A DNA stretch of 64,000 nucleotides from Nibricoccus sp. (GTDB taxonomy: Bacteria; Verrucomicrobiota; Verrucomicrobiia; Opitutales; Opitutaceae): NCBI GenBank assembly GCA_047602425.1, contig JASGHG010000001.1:1792001-1856000 (forward strand). The letters are read 5' to 3'. The translations under genes were made by a program, and so were the position numbers. Within the stretch, counting starts at the first letter, position 1. Each line of letters opens with the position of its first letter. Under the pieces are notes generated by a model. It was given only the letters and a program-made list of their open reading frames with translations. It did no database searches and had not been told where the DNA came from. Shown here one piece after another: positions 51,094 through 60,848 of the stretch.

Positions 51094-51948
51094 TTAGTCG
51101 CGACCCGACGCACGTTTCAGCAATTCTGCTCGCGCCGCGTCGAGCTTGGCCCGCTCCTTCGCGGTGAGGCTGCCGATGCCTGTTTGAGCGATTTTATCGA
51201 GCAATGCATCGACTTCCGCCATTGAGCTCGTTGGCGATTCCTTTTGCCGGGCAGGCGTTTTCTTTTCCGATGGCAGGTCGGGCAACACGCGCAATTTTGG
51301 CCGACGTTTAAAGAGGTTCACTTTCGGCAGCTCGATGCGGCCCTGCTGATACCGAACAAACGCAAAGGCGAAACCCGTCGTGGCCCAGAGTGAAAGCAGT
51401 CCCACAAAATCGCGGTTGTTGAGCGCAATTAGCGTGTAGATGCCGACAAGGATTACCGCGACCCATTTAGCCAGCAGGGTAAAGAGCACGGGCGCATTCG
51501 GGAAAAATGTCGCGAAGGCAATGAACATTGCGAATGCCCCGGTTTCACCCACCAACGGCTGCAAAGGATACCAAACTCCAACCACCGTGAGCAATAAAGG
51601 GGTCAGCAGGTAGATGCCGGCATAAAACAATAAAAAACTACGCCGCCCTACGCTGCGTTCCACTTCACGACCGAACCATACCAACATCACCATATCGACG
51701 GCAAACCCGAGACTGGGTACATTCACAAAACCATAGGACACCAAACGCCAGACTTCCCCTTGCAGAACCGCCGAATTTGAAAAAGCCAGCCCGTTCAGCA
51801 AACCTCCAAACTTTAAAAGATTCAGCGCAGTCGTGACGATCGCCGACATCACAAAAACCAGCACGATGAAATGCGCGGCATAAACGGGGTAGCCGCGCAG
51901 CCACATCACAGGCCGGTGTTCGTCGGAGGTTTCATACGTGCTCATCAT
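51094..51948 (-). CDS. Rhomboid-like membrane protein with C-terminal EVD.LLDKI domain
   Basis: GEVWRLVSY, FGREVE, multiple TMs; EVDALLDKIAQTGIGSLT.ER; canonical GxSG not evident. Confidence 0.75.
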   Translation of the reverse strand: MMSTYETSDEHRPVMWLRGYPVYAAHFIVLVFVMSAIVTTALNLLKFGGLLNGLAFSNSAVLQGEVWRLVSYGFVNVPSLGFAVDMVMLVWFGREVERSVGRRSFLLFYAGIYLLTPLLLTVVGVWYPLQPLVGETGAFAMFIAFATFFPNAPVLFTLLAKWVAVILVGIYTLIALNNRDFVGLLSLWATTGFAFAFVRYQQGRIELPKVNLFKRRPKLRVLPDLPSEKKTPARQKESPTSSMAEVDALLDKIAQTGIGSLTAKERAKLDAARAELLKRASGRD

Positions 51949-52077
51949 GTCTCCTTAAAAAATGCCCCCGAATCGTCGCTCTGCAAGCGGTGAAGAAAGT
52001 CCATTGCAAAAAAGCTGGCTCGTGGGCGCCAATGCCTTCGCGGCATCTCTTAATAAGCGTGCAGCCTCCCAAACCTC

Positions 52078-52248
52078 TTAGAGCACATACGATAAAACTA
52101 TAGCCATAAATCGGTATTACAAACGAGCTGTCTTCGTAGGGGCGCAGTCTTGCTGCGCCCTTTCTGTGGCAAAGCCAAGCCGGGCGCAGCAAGACTGCGT
52201 CCCTTCACCCGGAGTTGTGCGGTTATGACATTTTTAAAAATGCTCTAG
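52078..52248 (-). mobile_element. MITE-like repeat copy B (inverted) with two REP-like hairpins
   Basis: TTAGAGCA...TGCTCTAG; GTAGGGGCGCAGTCTTGCTGCGCCC at 52136-52160. Confidence 0.7.
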
Positions 52249-53465
52249 CGACCGCGGCTGATCATCAATGGACGGAGCCAGTAGCCTGCGCTTTCACGAT
52301 ACGCTGCCGCTCCCGACGGCGTGAGCAATGTATTCAGTTTTTCCGCGGATTCTTTGATCAAAGTGTTCTGCGCCTCCGTCTTGCTCTCGGTCGTTGGATA
52401 GTTTGTTCCATCTTTCATGATCGACATCACTTTTTGCTGGTAGTCGTTGCGAAGCTGGTGGACCGCCACGGCATTTTCCGCGGGTAAGTTGAAATGTTGC
52501 ACGATCTGCGTCGCAGCGCGGTAGCCAAAATCCTGCCCACGCTCGTATTCGGCATAACGTGCGTCACCCAGCGCCTGTTTGATTTTCTGGTTCACCGCTT
52601 GTTGATCTTTCATGCGTTGGTTGCGCTGTTCGGGGTCGAGTCGAGCCGTGCCAAAACCGTACTTTTGGTTCAATTCGTTTTGCAGAGCAAAGACCGCTCG
52701 GAATTCCGCCTCGGTCGGCGCGAACAAATCCATCGTGAAGCGCAACGATTGGGCGGTTTGCGAACGATGCAGATCGTACAATTCCAACTCGGCCGGAGTA
52801 AGCGCGGCGGCAATATCGTTGCGCATTTCCTTTTCAAGGAGAGCAAGCTTCTCCCGATCCTCCGGCAGCATGGCGTTGCCGGCCTCGGTGTAAACTTGCG
52901 AACGTAGCGAGTCGTACTCCGCGACAAGGCTCGCGACTTTCGCGCCTTTTTCCGGCGGAAGAAACCCGTAGTAATGCCGGTTGTAAACGGTTCGGTCCTC
53001 CTGCAGGCCGATATCGGATCCCAGCGCGGCGCGCAGGGCATCGGTTTGCTCACGGGAAATCGCGACCAGCGCCTTGCTCGCCTCGCGGCTAAAAACTCCG
53101 TTGCGCAAGGGATCAATCGGGTCGGCCGCGACAATTGCGTCGCGACGCGGGCGAAAGTTCTCCAGGATCCGCCAGCGCACCAGTGAACGGGCCACATCGT
53201 ACGGAAAGCCTGCCTCGGTCAGGCGGGCGAGAAATTGCTTGGGCTCGGACTGCTGAAGAGAGGACCATAGCTGCGTGTCGACCTTCCCGCCAACCTCCGT
53301 TGGACCCTGCGTGGCGTTTTGTCGTACGTGAGTCGCCTGTGTCCGGCCGTCGCGAATGGACGAAGAATTAGCGGTGTCGGATGAATCGGTGCGCAACCAT
53401 TTCGCCATCAAAACGGCGTTGGCGCCGAGGGAAAGCAGGAGAACAGCGGTTAAGATATGTTTCAT
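52245..53465 (-). CDS. Membrane-anchored helical protein, tandem paralogue
   Basis: N-terminal TM; AGFP, LTPAELELYDL, ALGDARYAEYER, LLTPSGA.AY shared with the next gene. Confidence 0.8.
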   Translation of the reverse strand: MKHILTAVLLLSLGANAVLMAKWLRTDSSDTANSSSIRDGRTQATHVRQNATQGPTEVGGKVDTQLWSSLQQSEPKQFLARLTEAGFPYDVARSLVRWRILENFRPRRDAIVAADPIDPLRNGVFSREASKALVAISREQTDALRAALGSDIGLQEDRTVYNRHYYGFLPPEKGAKVASLVAEYDSLRSQVYTEAGNAMLPEDREKLALLEKEMRNDIAAALTPAELELYDLHRSQTAQSLRFTMDLFAPTEAEFRAVFALQNELNQKYGFGTARLDPEQRNQRMKDQQAVNQKIKQALGDARYAEYERGQDFGYRAATQIVQHFNLPAENAVAVHQLRNDYQQKVMSIMKDGTNYPTTESKTEAQNTLIKESAEKLNTLLTPSGAAAYRESAGYWLRPLMISRGR

Positions 53466-54712
53466 GGGGCGACTTGTCGAATAATGGTTTGGGTGGAGAC
53501 GCCTGATCGGCTTTCCATCATCTGCAGCCAGCCCGCGCCCTGTCGGTAGGCTCTGGCGCCCGACGGCGTCAGCAAGGTTTCCAATTTGGCCTTCGCTTCG
53601 CCTGCCAGCGCTTGCAAGGCGGCCGTGCGTTGTTCCTGCGACTGGTTTCGATCGGCCCGGACAGCACTCGCTCGGTTTTGGTATTCTTGCTTCATCTCAT
53701 AAACGGCGTTGGCATTTTCCACGGGCAGATTTAAACGCGCGGTCAGGTTATAGGCGTTACGGTAATCGTAGTCCTGAGCGCGCTGATATTCGGCGTAACG
53801 GGTTTCGCCGAGGGCACTTTTGATTTGCTCGTCGAGTTGCTTCTTGTCGGCGGTTCGTTCGGCCGATTCACTCATGCTGTATTCGGAGTACTTCGCATCA
53901 AAGGCCTGCTGAAACGGAAGAATGGCGGTGAATTCCGCCATCGTCGGTTTAAACAATTCCATCCGGGAACGGAGCAAACTGGCCGAATGCGAGGCACGCA
54001 GGTCGTAAGCGGCGAGTTCCTCCGGCGTGAGCAGGGCGGCGACATCTTTCCGCGTCTCGGCCTCGACGAGAGCCCTGCGCTCGCGATCCCATGGCATGGG
54101 CGCGCCAAAGGTGATTCCCGTGTTTTCGCCCAGATCCTGATAGTCGGTCACAATGGCCTCGACCGCATCGAGCTTCTCGTCGGGCAACATGCCATAGCGC
54201 GCCTGGCGATTCCGACGGCCTTCTTCGTTGGGAACGTTGGTGCCAAGAAGTTCACGGGTGATCTTGAGCCGCTCGTTGGTGATAGCACGCAGTTCATTAT
54301 CGAGCTCAGGGTTCGCCAGGCGACTGTCACGCGCCCAGAATGGCTTGTCGTACATTTTCGCGTAAAGTACATCGAGTTGCGGACGATAACGTTCGTCGAG
54401 CACCCCGTTGATCGCGGCACGAATTGCCTCCCGAGGAAACCCGGCGGCCTTGAGGTTGGCCGTGAGTTGTTTTAGGTCGTCGCTCGCCAATCTGCCCCAC
54501 ACATTCGGCGCGAGTTTGCCCGGCGGTGATGCCATAGTCGCCGAACCCTCGGCGCGGCCGACCGGAACGCCACCCCTCGCTTGAGCAACGCGGCTCGCCG
54601 CTGTTGCATTGATGTGTTCGTCGCTGGTCATCGGGCGGCGAGACAACGCAATGACTAGTACGATATTCGCCAAAACCGATAGAAGCAGGACAACCAAAGG
54701 GATTTTTTTCAT
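53462..54712 (-). CDS. Membrane-anchored helical protein, tandem paralogue
   Basis: Colinear with 52245-53465; 4-bp stop/start overlap. Confidence 0.8.
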   Translation of the reverse strand: MKKIPLVVLLLSVLANIVLVIALSRRPMTSDEHINATAASRVAQARGGVPVGRAEGSATMASPPGKLAPNVWGRLASDDLKQLTANLKAAGFPREAIRAAINGVLDERYRPQLDVLYAKMYDKPFWARDSRLANPELDNELRAITNERLKITRELLGTNVPNEEGRRNRQARYGMLPDEKLDAVEAIVTDYQDLGENTGITFGAPMPWDRERRALVEAETRKDVAALLTPEELAAYDLRASHSASLLRSRMELFKPTMAEFTAILPFQQAFDAKYSEYSMSESAERTADKKQLDEQIKSALGETRYAEYQRAQDYDYRNAYNLTARLNLPVENANAVYEMKQEYQNRASAVRADRNQSQEQRTAALQALAGEAKAKLETLLTPSGARAYRQGAGWLQMMESRSGVSTQTIIRQVAP

Positions 54713-54847
54713 GGAAGGATTCTCCGCTACACCTCAACGGGCCCTTTAACTCAAAGTCCCGTCGACCTTTCAATCACGAAACAGTTGTTACCGCTTAAAT
54801 AAAGGCTCCGGTTGCACGAAGGCGGCAACAACTACATCTTGGCTCCC

Positions 54848-56008
54848 ATGCTTCGCCAACCCATTTTCCAACTTTTCATCCTTCTCGCTTTATTCTCGGG
54901 CGGTCTTTCTGTGCCGGGCCATGCCGCCAAAGATCCGTTGCCTCCCCTTGCGGCCGACGCCGGGCGTATCATCGTCTACCGCGATGCGCTCATGAGCCCA
55001 AAAACCCAGCCGATCGTCCTGCTCGACGGCTCGGAAACGCAGCCGATCAAAACGCGCACTTATTTCCAAATCGATCGACCGCCGGGCACTTATTCCCTCT
55101 CGCTCTCAGGCGAGGCGACTGCGCCGCTCAGCATCACTCTCCTCGCCGGCCAAACACTCTACGTCTGCGTCAACGTCCATAACTCCGCCGGCGGGACCGA
55201 GCTCTACCCAAAGCTCGTCGACAAAACAACGGCCCTCCGCGAACTCGCATCGTGCAAATACGCGGCCCGCGAAAATGCCGAAGCCGCTGCCGATACCCAA
55301 AAACCGCTTCGCGTGCTACTCACCTTCAAAGGCCACAACTTCGAAGAGGAAAAGTTCTTCTCAATGTGGGATGCCTGGCAAAAGCAAGGCCTGCTCAGTT
55401 ATACGCGCTGCCCGCTGCCCGACGATGCCGCGGTTCTACAACCCTCCGCCACCGCCAACTTCGACGTGATCGTGATGTACGACATGGTTGCCGAACTTCC
55501 GCCCGAACGCCAACATTCCCTCGTCGCATTGCTTCAGAGTGGCATTGGCGTCGTCTCACTTCATCACAATCTCGCCGCCCACGAGAAATGGCCGCTGTGG
55601 TCCGAAATCATTGGCGGCAAATTTCTACACGGTCCCGAAACTATCGGCGGCAGAACCTACGAGAAATCCATCTATGAACACGACGTCTGGATGAAAATTG
55701 GCGTGCCCGATCCGCGCCATCCGATCACCCGTGGCGTCGAGCCTTTCTACATTTTCGATGAAACGTACGGCAAAACCTATCGCGCTCCCGATATTCAACC
55801 CGTGCTAACAACGGACCGCGCCGGCAACGAACGTGAAATTGCGTGGACAAAATGGTTCGGCAACAGTCCAATCTTCTATTTCCAACTGGGCCATGATTCG
55901 CGGGCCTGGATGCATCCGCTGTATCAAAAAATCCTCCTGCAAGGCATGCGCTGGGCGGCCGAGGAAGCGGCAAAGCGCCGCGAGACCGCTTCAGCGACGC
56001 CCCGCTGA
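54848..56008 (+). CDS. DUF2846-like + ThuA-like domain protein
   Basis: IIVYR...PGTY...AGQTLYV N-domain; GIGVVSLH, HPITRG, DETY, QLGHD ThuA motifs. Confidence 0.75.
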   Translation: MLRQPIFQLFILLALFSGGLSVPGHAAKDPLPPLAADAGRIIVYRDALMSPKTQPIVLLDGSETQPIKTRTYFQIDRPPGTYSLSLSGEATAPLSITLLAGQTLYVCVNVHNSAGGTELYPKLVDKTTALRELASCKYAARENAEAAADTQKPLRVLLTFKGHNFEEEKFFSMWDAWQKQGLLSYTRCPLPDDAAVLQPSATANFDVIVMYDMVAELPPERQHSLVALLQSGIGVVSLHHNLAAHEKWPLWSEIIGGKFLHGPETIGGRTYEKSIYEHDVWMKIGVPDPRHPITRGVEPFYIFDETYGKTYRAPDIQPVLTTDRAGNEREIAWTKWFGNSPIFYFQLGHDSRAWMHPLYQKILLQGMRWAAEEAAKRRETASATPR

Positions 56009-56090
56009 TTAGGTCTTTGTCCAATTTCACGAAGTTCTGACGGGGTCCGGCGTTGCCTCGGCGGCACCGAACCGGCAGCAAAGAGGCATT

Positions 56091-56489
56091 ATGCCAACGC
56101 GGAAAATCTACCATGTAGTGCCCCATCCGTCAGGCTGGGCGGTCAAGATCGGCAAGGCCCGTCGCGCCAGCGCGGTGCTGAAAACCAAGCAGGCCGCGAT
56201 GAAGGCGGCCAGTAACTTCGCCAAGAGCGCACCCAAATCACAAGTCGTGATCCGCGAGTCCAGCGGCAGGATCAAGGGCGACCGAACCTTCGAATACCGG
56301 GATTACAAAAGGAAAAAGCGTGTCCGCGCAAAAGTCTCGAAAATCAAAAAGGCAAAATTGCGCAACCAGCGGCGGCAGCAACGCGCCCGCATCCAACGCC
56401 GCAAGGCCGCTCTTCTCGGTCTCGCCCGCCTCAGACGCGCCCAAGCCGCGCGCAGTGCCATCGCCCGGAAAGCCGCCCGCAAACGATAG
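56091..56489 (+). CDS. DUF2188 domain protein with Arg/Lys-rich tail
   Basis: YHVVP...GWAVK..RAS...TKQAA...VVI...G.I. Confidence 0.8.
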   Translation: MPTRKIYHVVPHPSGWAVKIGKARRASAVLKTKQAAMKAASNFAKSAPKSQVVIRESSGRIKGDRTFEYRDYKRKKRVRAKVSKIKKAKLRNQRRQQRARIQRRKAALLGLARLRRAQAARSAIARKAARKR

Positions 56490-56572
56490 AGCGGGCCAGC
56501 CCCCGAAGCCGGGCGTTGGTTAAATACGCTTGGCGGCTGCGCAAAATTCACGGAAATGATTATCACTCCTTT

Positions 56573-57376
56573 ATGAATCGTTTCCGCCAGACGACGTGCT
56601 TTACCGCTATATTATTGTTCGGCTTTTTCGGCGCCTTGGAAGCACGAGCCGATGCGCGTGCGAACGCCCTGGAAAACGCCCGGCAGCATATCAAGCAGCC
56701 GGAACCGCTTCTCTCGTCCGTGTTTGTCGTCGTCATCGGGTACGAGGGAAATCTGGAGTTGTTTAAAAAAGGAACCATTCCCCCGCCACAAAATGGCACG
56801 GGCCTGGCCATTCCGGTGGACGCCGACGGTTATTTTCTTACCGCGGCCCATTCGGTGCAGCCAGCGCACGACATGTATGTCATGGGTAACTTTGAAGGCC
56901 GGCTGGAAGCGCGCAAAGCGGAGATTATCTTTCGCGGAGATCCTGGAACCGCCCTGCAGGACATCGCCCTCTTGCGCGTCGCGGCAAAACTGCCGGTGTG
57001 CTTCGAATTTACCAACGCTCTCCCCAAAAGCGGCGACACGATCTATGCCGTGGTTCGCTCGCAGGACAAACCGGCGTTTATCGAGGGCAAGTGCCTAACC
57101 CCCTCAGCCAGCTACGACGCCCGTTCGACAGTCGCGATCATGACTGATCTGCCTGTGGTCGGTGGTGACAGCGGCGGTCCGCTGCTGACGAAAGAGTTGA
57201 AACTCATCGGTGTGACTTCCCGCGGGGCAACCAATGGCTGGGGCACTTTCACCTACTCGTCCTGTCCCTCCGGCGAGTTCGTCGAACGGCTGATCAAGGA
57301 AGCGAAGGAAAAATCAAACAACCTTTCATCAGTACCAAAATCAGGTTCAGCATCCGTTCCCGGAAGCACGCCATAA
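56573..57376 (+). CDS. Trypsin-like serine protease
   Basis: LTAAH, DIALL, GDSGGP catalytic triad motifs; signal peptide. Confidence 0.88.
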   Translation: MNRFRQTTCFTAILLFGFFGALEARADARANALENARQHIKQPEPLLSSVFVVVIGYEGNLELFKKGTIPPPQNGTGLAIPVDADGYFLTAAHSVQPAHDMYVMGNFEGRLEARKAEIIFRGDPGTALQDIALLRVAAKLPVCFEFTNALPKSGDTIYAVVRSQDKPAFIEGKCLTPSASYDARSTVAIMTDLPVVGGDSGGPLLTKELKLIGVTSRGATNGWGTFTYSSCPSGEFVERLIKEAKEKSNNLSSVPKSGSASVPGSTP

Positions 57377-57405
57377 AAAAGCCGCCGCGATGTTTCGCGG
57401 CGGCT
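57375..57405 (-). terminator. Rho-independent terminator between convergent genes
   Basis: Minus strand AGCCGCCGCGA-AACA-TCGCGGCGGC-TTTTTT. Confidence 0.8.
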
Positions 57406-57430
57406 GGACACGAGAGCGAGGGGCAGGCGC

Positions 57431-58798
57431 TCAGGGTGTCACAAAACGCCATTGTTGATTGTAACTAGTTCCACTCGTGTACTGCTTCATGACGGCGCTG
57501 TCACCGGTTGCACCGCCGGTATCGAGACATTTGCCGGTCGCACGATTGACGAGCTTGTAGTAGCCGCCGCCCATGGGCGTGAGTATCCATTGCTGGTTGT
57601 AGCTACCACCGCTGGTCCACTGGCCGACGTTCGAGCCGTCCGCGGTGTTGCCAAGCGTGTCGAGCATCTTGCTGCCGGTCACACATTGGAATTTATAGTA
57701 GCCTCCACTGAACGTAACGATCCACTTTTGATTGTTGCTCGTGCCATCCGCGTATTGCGCGACGGTCGCTCCGTCGGTCGTGGCGCCGAGGTTGTCGAGC
57801 ATTTTGCCGGAAGCGCGATTTTGGAGACTGTAAGTGCCGGGCGTGAGCGTCTGCACGGGATTGTTGACGTCGTCGGCCGCGGGCCAGCCGTTGATCCAGC
57901 TGAGCGTTGTGATTTTGACCTTGGCTGCGCCGTTGTCCGTGCCGTCGTAGAAGTGAAACGAGAGTTTGCCTTCGCCGTAGCCCACGTGACCGGGCCCGAT
58001 GATGCGGCCATCCTTGTTGGGAAGAAAGGTGCTTCCGCCGCCATTCATCAAACTGACCCCGTTTTTGTCGACGTAAGGGCCGGTGATGCTCGTGGAACGG
58101 CCAACTTGCGTGTAGTAAGTACTGTTGACGCCGTTGCAGCAGAGGCCGCGCTGGAAAAACAGGTAATAGTAGCTGCCGTTTTTGATCAAATAGGGAGCTT
58201 CAACCGAACCAGCCACAAGATCCCAACGGCTGGTGCCCTGGCGAAGACCCGTGGTGGGATTCAGTTGGATCAGGTCGATGCCCGTTTGCCAGTTGCCATA
58301 GACCATGTAGAGATTGCTGCCGTCCTTGAGCAGCGCGGGATCGATGGCGTTCGTGGCCGCGACGACCATGCCCTGATCGGTCCACGGACCGGCGAGGCTC
58401 GTGGCGGTGGCGAGACCGATGGCGGCCGGCGCACCTTGGCCGGCGCAGGAATAATAGAGGTAGAATTTGCCATTCATCGCGATCACGTCGGGCGCCCAGA
58501 ATCCGCCGGTGAAACCGGTGACGTAATTGTTGACCCAACTTGGCCACGTGCCGGGCGTGAAAACGGTCTTGTCCGCGCGCCAATCGGTGAAGTTCGAGTT
58601 GCTGGCTGACATCGCCCAGACGCCACTTCCGGTGGTGAAAATCCAATAGCGGCCGTCCGTATTTCTCGTGATGGTCGATGGATCGTGACTGGGCGGCTCG
58701 GCAAAAACCGATTGTAGTGAACCGGCGAATACTACGGCGAACGCGCACAACACGGCGCGGAGCAGGTTAAACAGGGGGTATTTACTATATGCTTTCAT
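57431..58798 (-). CDS. GH43 endo-arabinanase-like enzyme with C-terminal ricin-type (CBM13) lectin domain
   Basis: HDPS, FWAPD, NAIDP, VEAP, GLCC.G..STY, GPGH; three SGK.LD...NQ.W repeats. Confidence 0.9.
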   Translation of the reverse strand: MKAYSKYPLFNLLRAVLCAFAVVFAGSLQSVFAEPPSHDPSTITRNTDGRYWIFTTGSGVWAMSASNSNFTDWRADKTVFTPGTWPSWVNNYVTGFTGGFWAPDVIAMNGKFYLYYSCAGQGAPAAIGLATATSLAGPWTDQGMVVAATNAIDPALLKDGSNLYMVYGNWQTGIDLIQLNPTTGLRQGTSRWDLVAGSVEAPYLIKNGSYYYLFFQRGLCCNGVNSTYYTQVGRSTSITGPYVDKNGVSLMNGGGSTFLPNKDGRIIGPGHVGYGEGKLSFHFYDGTDNGAAKVKITTLSWINGWPAADDVNNPVQTLTPGTYSLQNRASGKMLDNLGATTDGATVAQYADGTSNNQKWIVTFSGGYYKFQCVTGSKMLDTLGNTADGSNVGQWTSGGSYNQQWILTPMGGGYYKLVNRATGKCLDTGGATGDSAVMKQYTSGTSYNQQWRFVTP

Positions 58799-59013
58799 GA
58801 CTGTGGGGTTGAAAGGCCGCGATTGCTCCGGCCTTGGGGTAATAATGACCGTTCGCGCCAGCGGAGCCGACACAGGGGTTGGTCATTCCTACATGCGCCA
58901 TTTGCGGGACAAATCCGCCATTTCCGCTCGTATTTCACGCCAAAGACCGTCCTTTGCGGGTGGATTGCATTTGCAAAAACCGGCCAAAATCTGGCTGAAT
59001 TAACGTTAAATCT

Positions 59014-60672
59014 ATGCTTTTTGCCGAGCTTCCCCCTCCCGTCCCCCCGGCGATTGTCCAATCCGCCGTGCCCCAATACGACAGCCGCATACGGCTGAAC
59101 ACGGTCGGATTTTTACCCGAAAGTCCGAAACAGGCCACAGTCGCGGCGCCTAGTGACGCCTTTTCCGTCGTTCGTCTCAGCGACGGGGTCAAAGTGCTGA
59201 GCGGACGCGCCGCCAAATCTCTCCAGACCGACGTCACCGACACCAATGAGCAGGTCCAAATTTTCGATTTTTCAAAATTAACCGAACCCGGACGCTATCG
59301 CCTTGAGGTGGAATCAGTCGGTTCCTCCGCGCCTTTCACCATCGGCAAGGATGTCTGGGTCGCGCCCTCCGAAGCGGTTACTCGAGCCATGTACCTTTGG
59401 CGCTGCGGCACCAGCGTCGAAGGAACCTGGAACGGCATCACCTACCGCCACGCTCCCTGTCATTTGGAGGACGGCTGGCTCGACTATGTGGGCGAGAGCC
59501 ACGTGAAGCGCCCCTCGGTCGGCGGCTGGCACGATGCTGGCGACTATAATAAATACGTCGTCAACGCCGGCGTGAGCGTCGGGCTGATGCTGAAGGCGTG
59601 GGAGCATTTCCCAAAACACGTTGCAACCGACAAACTCGGTATTCCCGAGAGCGGCAACGGCATACCGGACCTCCTCGACGAGATCCGTTGGGAAATCGAG
59701 TGGCTGCTCACGATGCAGGCCGAAACAGGCCATGTGTACCACAAGTTGAGCGCTCGCGATTTCAAATATTGGGGCTCGCCGGAGAAGGATGCCTCTCCCC
59801 GCTATTTCACCTCGTGGAGTACCGCGGCGACGGCCGATTTCACCGCCATGATGGCGGAGTTTGCGCGGGCGTGGCGTCCTTACGATGCGATTTTTGCCGA
59901 TCGCTGCCTCGCCGCCGCAAAGAAAAGCTGGGCGGTCCTGTGCGCCACCCCGCAGCAAGTCGATTCCGATCAGTCCGCTTTCAAGACCGGGACCTATCCG
60001 CCCAAGGACGCTTCGCATCGCCTCTGGGCCGCCGCCGAACTTTTTGAAACCACCAGCGATCCCGAATACCTCAAGGACTTCGAAACGCGCGCGAAAAATT
60101 TTGACTACAGCTTCAGCGCGGGCGGCCCCAACTGGGGCGACGTGCAGGATCTGGCTTTTGCCACTTACCTGCTCTCGGCTCATTCCGGGAAACGCGACGA
60201 CAAGATTGTTGCCAGCCTCACCAAAAGTCTGATCGAGCGGGGACAGGCGGCGGTCGAAACGTCGCAGAAAAACGGATACGCGCGCCCTCTCGGTGTGCAT
60301 CGCGAATCTTGGAACTGGGGCGCGAATGGCAGTGTGGCCGGACAAACCCTGCTTCTGCATCTCGCCGATCGGCTCAAACCCGATCCACGCTACCGGGCGA
60401 CGGCGCACGCTGCTCTCGACTTTCTTTTTGGTCGAAATTTCAACGGACGTTCCTACGTGACCGGCCTCGGCGCGAATCCCCCGGAGCATCCGCACGACCG
60501 CCGGGGCGAACCCGCGTGGCCGGGCTATCTCGTGGGCGGCGGCTGGCCTGATGGCCGCAGCTGGCACGATGAGTTGAAGAGTTTTCAGACCAATGAGATC
60601 GCCATCAACTGGAATGCCGCGCTCATCTACGCCCTCGCCGCCTTCGCCGAACCTAAAACGGTAACCAAATAA
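59014..60672 (+). CDS. Glycoside hydrolase family 9 with N-terminal Ig-like domain
   Basis: NTVGF.P..K, GGWHDAGDYNKY, GRN...SYVTG.G, HPH.R, NEIAINWNA. Confidence 0.92.
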   Translation: MLFAELPPPVPPAIVQSAVPQYDSRIRLNTVGFLPESPKQATVAAPSDAFSVVRLSDGVKVLSGRAAKSLQTDVTDTNEQVQIFDFSKLTEPGRYRLEVESVGSSAPFTIGKDVWVAPSEAVTRAMYLWRCGTSVEGTWNGITYRHAPCHLEDGWLDYVGESHVKRPSVGGWHDAGDYNKYVVNAGVSVGLMLKAWEHFPKHVATDKLGIPESGNGIPDLLDEIRWEIEWLLTMQAETGHVYHKLSARDFKYWGSPEKDASPRYFTSWSTAATADFTAMMAEFARAWRPYDAIFADRCLAAAKKSWAVLCATPQQVDSDQSAFKTGTYPPKDASHRLWAAAELFETTSDPEYLKDFETRAKNFDYSFSAGGPNWGDVQDLAFATYLLSAHSGKRDDKIVASLTKSLIERGQAAVETSQKNGYARPLGVHRESWNWGANGSVAGQTLLLHLADRLKPDPRYRATAHAALDFLFGRNFNGRSYVTGLGANPPEHPHDRRGEPAWPGYLVGGGWPDGRSWHDELKSFQTNEIAINWNAALIYALAAFAEPKTVTK

Positions 60673-60746
60673 TTGTCGTCGGCGCCCAGCCAAAATTTCC
60701 ACCTTCTACTAAAGGGCGTGCACTCTTTAGGAATGGGTTGTAAAAA

Positions 60747-60769
60747 AGTGTCACGTATTACGTGACACT
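60747..60769. repeat. TGTCA-N9-TGACA palindrome, copy 3
   Basis: AGTGTCACGTA-T-TACGTGACACT, perfect 11-bp arms. Confidence 0.7.
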
Positions 60770-60848
60770 CTGCTTTTACGTAGTGTCGAGGTGCGCGGTG
60801 TATTCTGCCGCTTGTCAGGGTCGGCGTGAGGCGTCACGTTGGCTGCAC

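Noticed and set aside
49924..52248. CRISPR array or tRNA-derived repeat
   Set aside because: No regular repeat-spacer periodicity, no cas genes and no cloverleaf or T-loop motif.
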